Shown: piece after piece, positions 63,515-64,000 of the stretch
Layout of the letters: every line of letters starts with the position of its first letter
Numbering within the stretch: position 1 is the first letter of the stretch
Translations under genes and position numbers: made by a program
Notes under the pieces: model-generated
The model's input: the letters and a program-made list of their open reading frames with translations, nothing else
Database searches by the model: none
What the model was told of the DNA's origin: nothing
Source of the DNA: Macrostomum lignano
Taxonomy: Eukaryota
Direction of reading: 5' to 3'
Length of the DNA: 64,000 nucleotides
Assembly: GCA_002269645.1 (NCBI GenBank)
Contig: NIVC01000764.1
Location: forward strand, 124,001-188,000

Positions 63515-63823
63515 ATGCCTAGCAACAAGATCACCGTAGCAGAGTGCAAAAGCCGACGTGAGTCGTCGCGGCTGTCGCCGTCGCAGTCGCAGCCGCGGGA
63601 GGCGGCCGCCCTGGCGGCGATCCCATTCGCCGAGAAGCCACTGGCTCTGAGAGTCTTCGGATTGTTGCTGGGAGTTGCTCTGTTGCTGCTGCTGCTGTAC
63701 CAGGCTCGGCAGCTGTACACTGAGTATTCGCAATCGCCCACCGTCGCTTCGATGACTGCTGTGGAAAATTCACCGTTTCCCAGCCTGCTGATTTGCAACA
63801 GCGTGCCAGCGAGTTACACCACG
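63515..63823 (+). CDS. First coding exon of a DEG/ENaC-family channel (TM1 + FPxxxxCN motif); gene continues beyond the window
   Basis: Hydrophobic LRVFGLLLGVALLLLLLYQ followed by YTEYSQSPTV...FPSLLICN; GTGAG donor at 63824. Confidence 0.75.
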
Positions 63824-63864
63824 GTGAGCTCTGACTTGTTGCTGCGCAATATCCTGATAGATCT

Positions 63865-64000
63865 TTCTGTCTGATTGCAGTTCTGTCTGATTGCAGTTCT
63901 GTCTGGTTGCAGTTCTGTTTGGTTGCAGTTCTGTCTGGTTGCAGTTCTGTTTGGTTGCAGTTCTGTCTGGTTGCAGTTCTGTCTGGTTGCAGTTCTGTCT
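63865..64000. repeat. 16-bp minisatellite (TCTGTCTGGTTGCAGT)
   Basis: Direct reading; runs off the window. Confidence 0.93.

Overview
Repeat-rich animal (metazoan) genomic DNA with short GT-AG introns, GC-rich exons and many (GACA)n/(GATA)n and minisatellite arrays. This style suggests a flatworm such as Macrostomum, but that is inference only. Host genes: (1) a complete 17-exon minus-strand Cad87A/CDH23-family cadherin (38315-22400, about 1968 aa after repairing about 9 small indels that look like consensus errors), plus degenerate duplicate copies of its exons 14 and 15 at 12.8-13.3 kb and 0.1-0.4 kb; (2) an 8-exon, phase-consistent minus-strand gene (55633-44081, 5' end not found) fusing a divergent macrodomain to a Deltex-type RING-DTC module in one chain; (3) an intronless secreted PAN/Apple-like protein gene (10957-12033) in a 1.3-kb segment that the paralogous locus lacks; (4) the first exon of a DEG/ENaC channel at the right edge. 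Mobile DNA: a full-length LOA-clade LINE with a 13-bp TSD inside a THAP gene relic, two further LOA fragments, a near-intact THAP/P-element transposase with nested inverted repeats, a tRNA-derived SINE, a hAT MITE, an RTE LINE, an RNase H-bearing LINE fragment and a full-length but disabled CsRn1-clade Ty3/Gypsy element. The best novelty candidate is the Macro-RING-DTC fusion, which resembles the PARP9/DTX3L reader-ligase pair in a single protein and keeps the DTC His/His/Glu triad spacing. All exon models and alignments were done by eye; no database searches were run.
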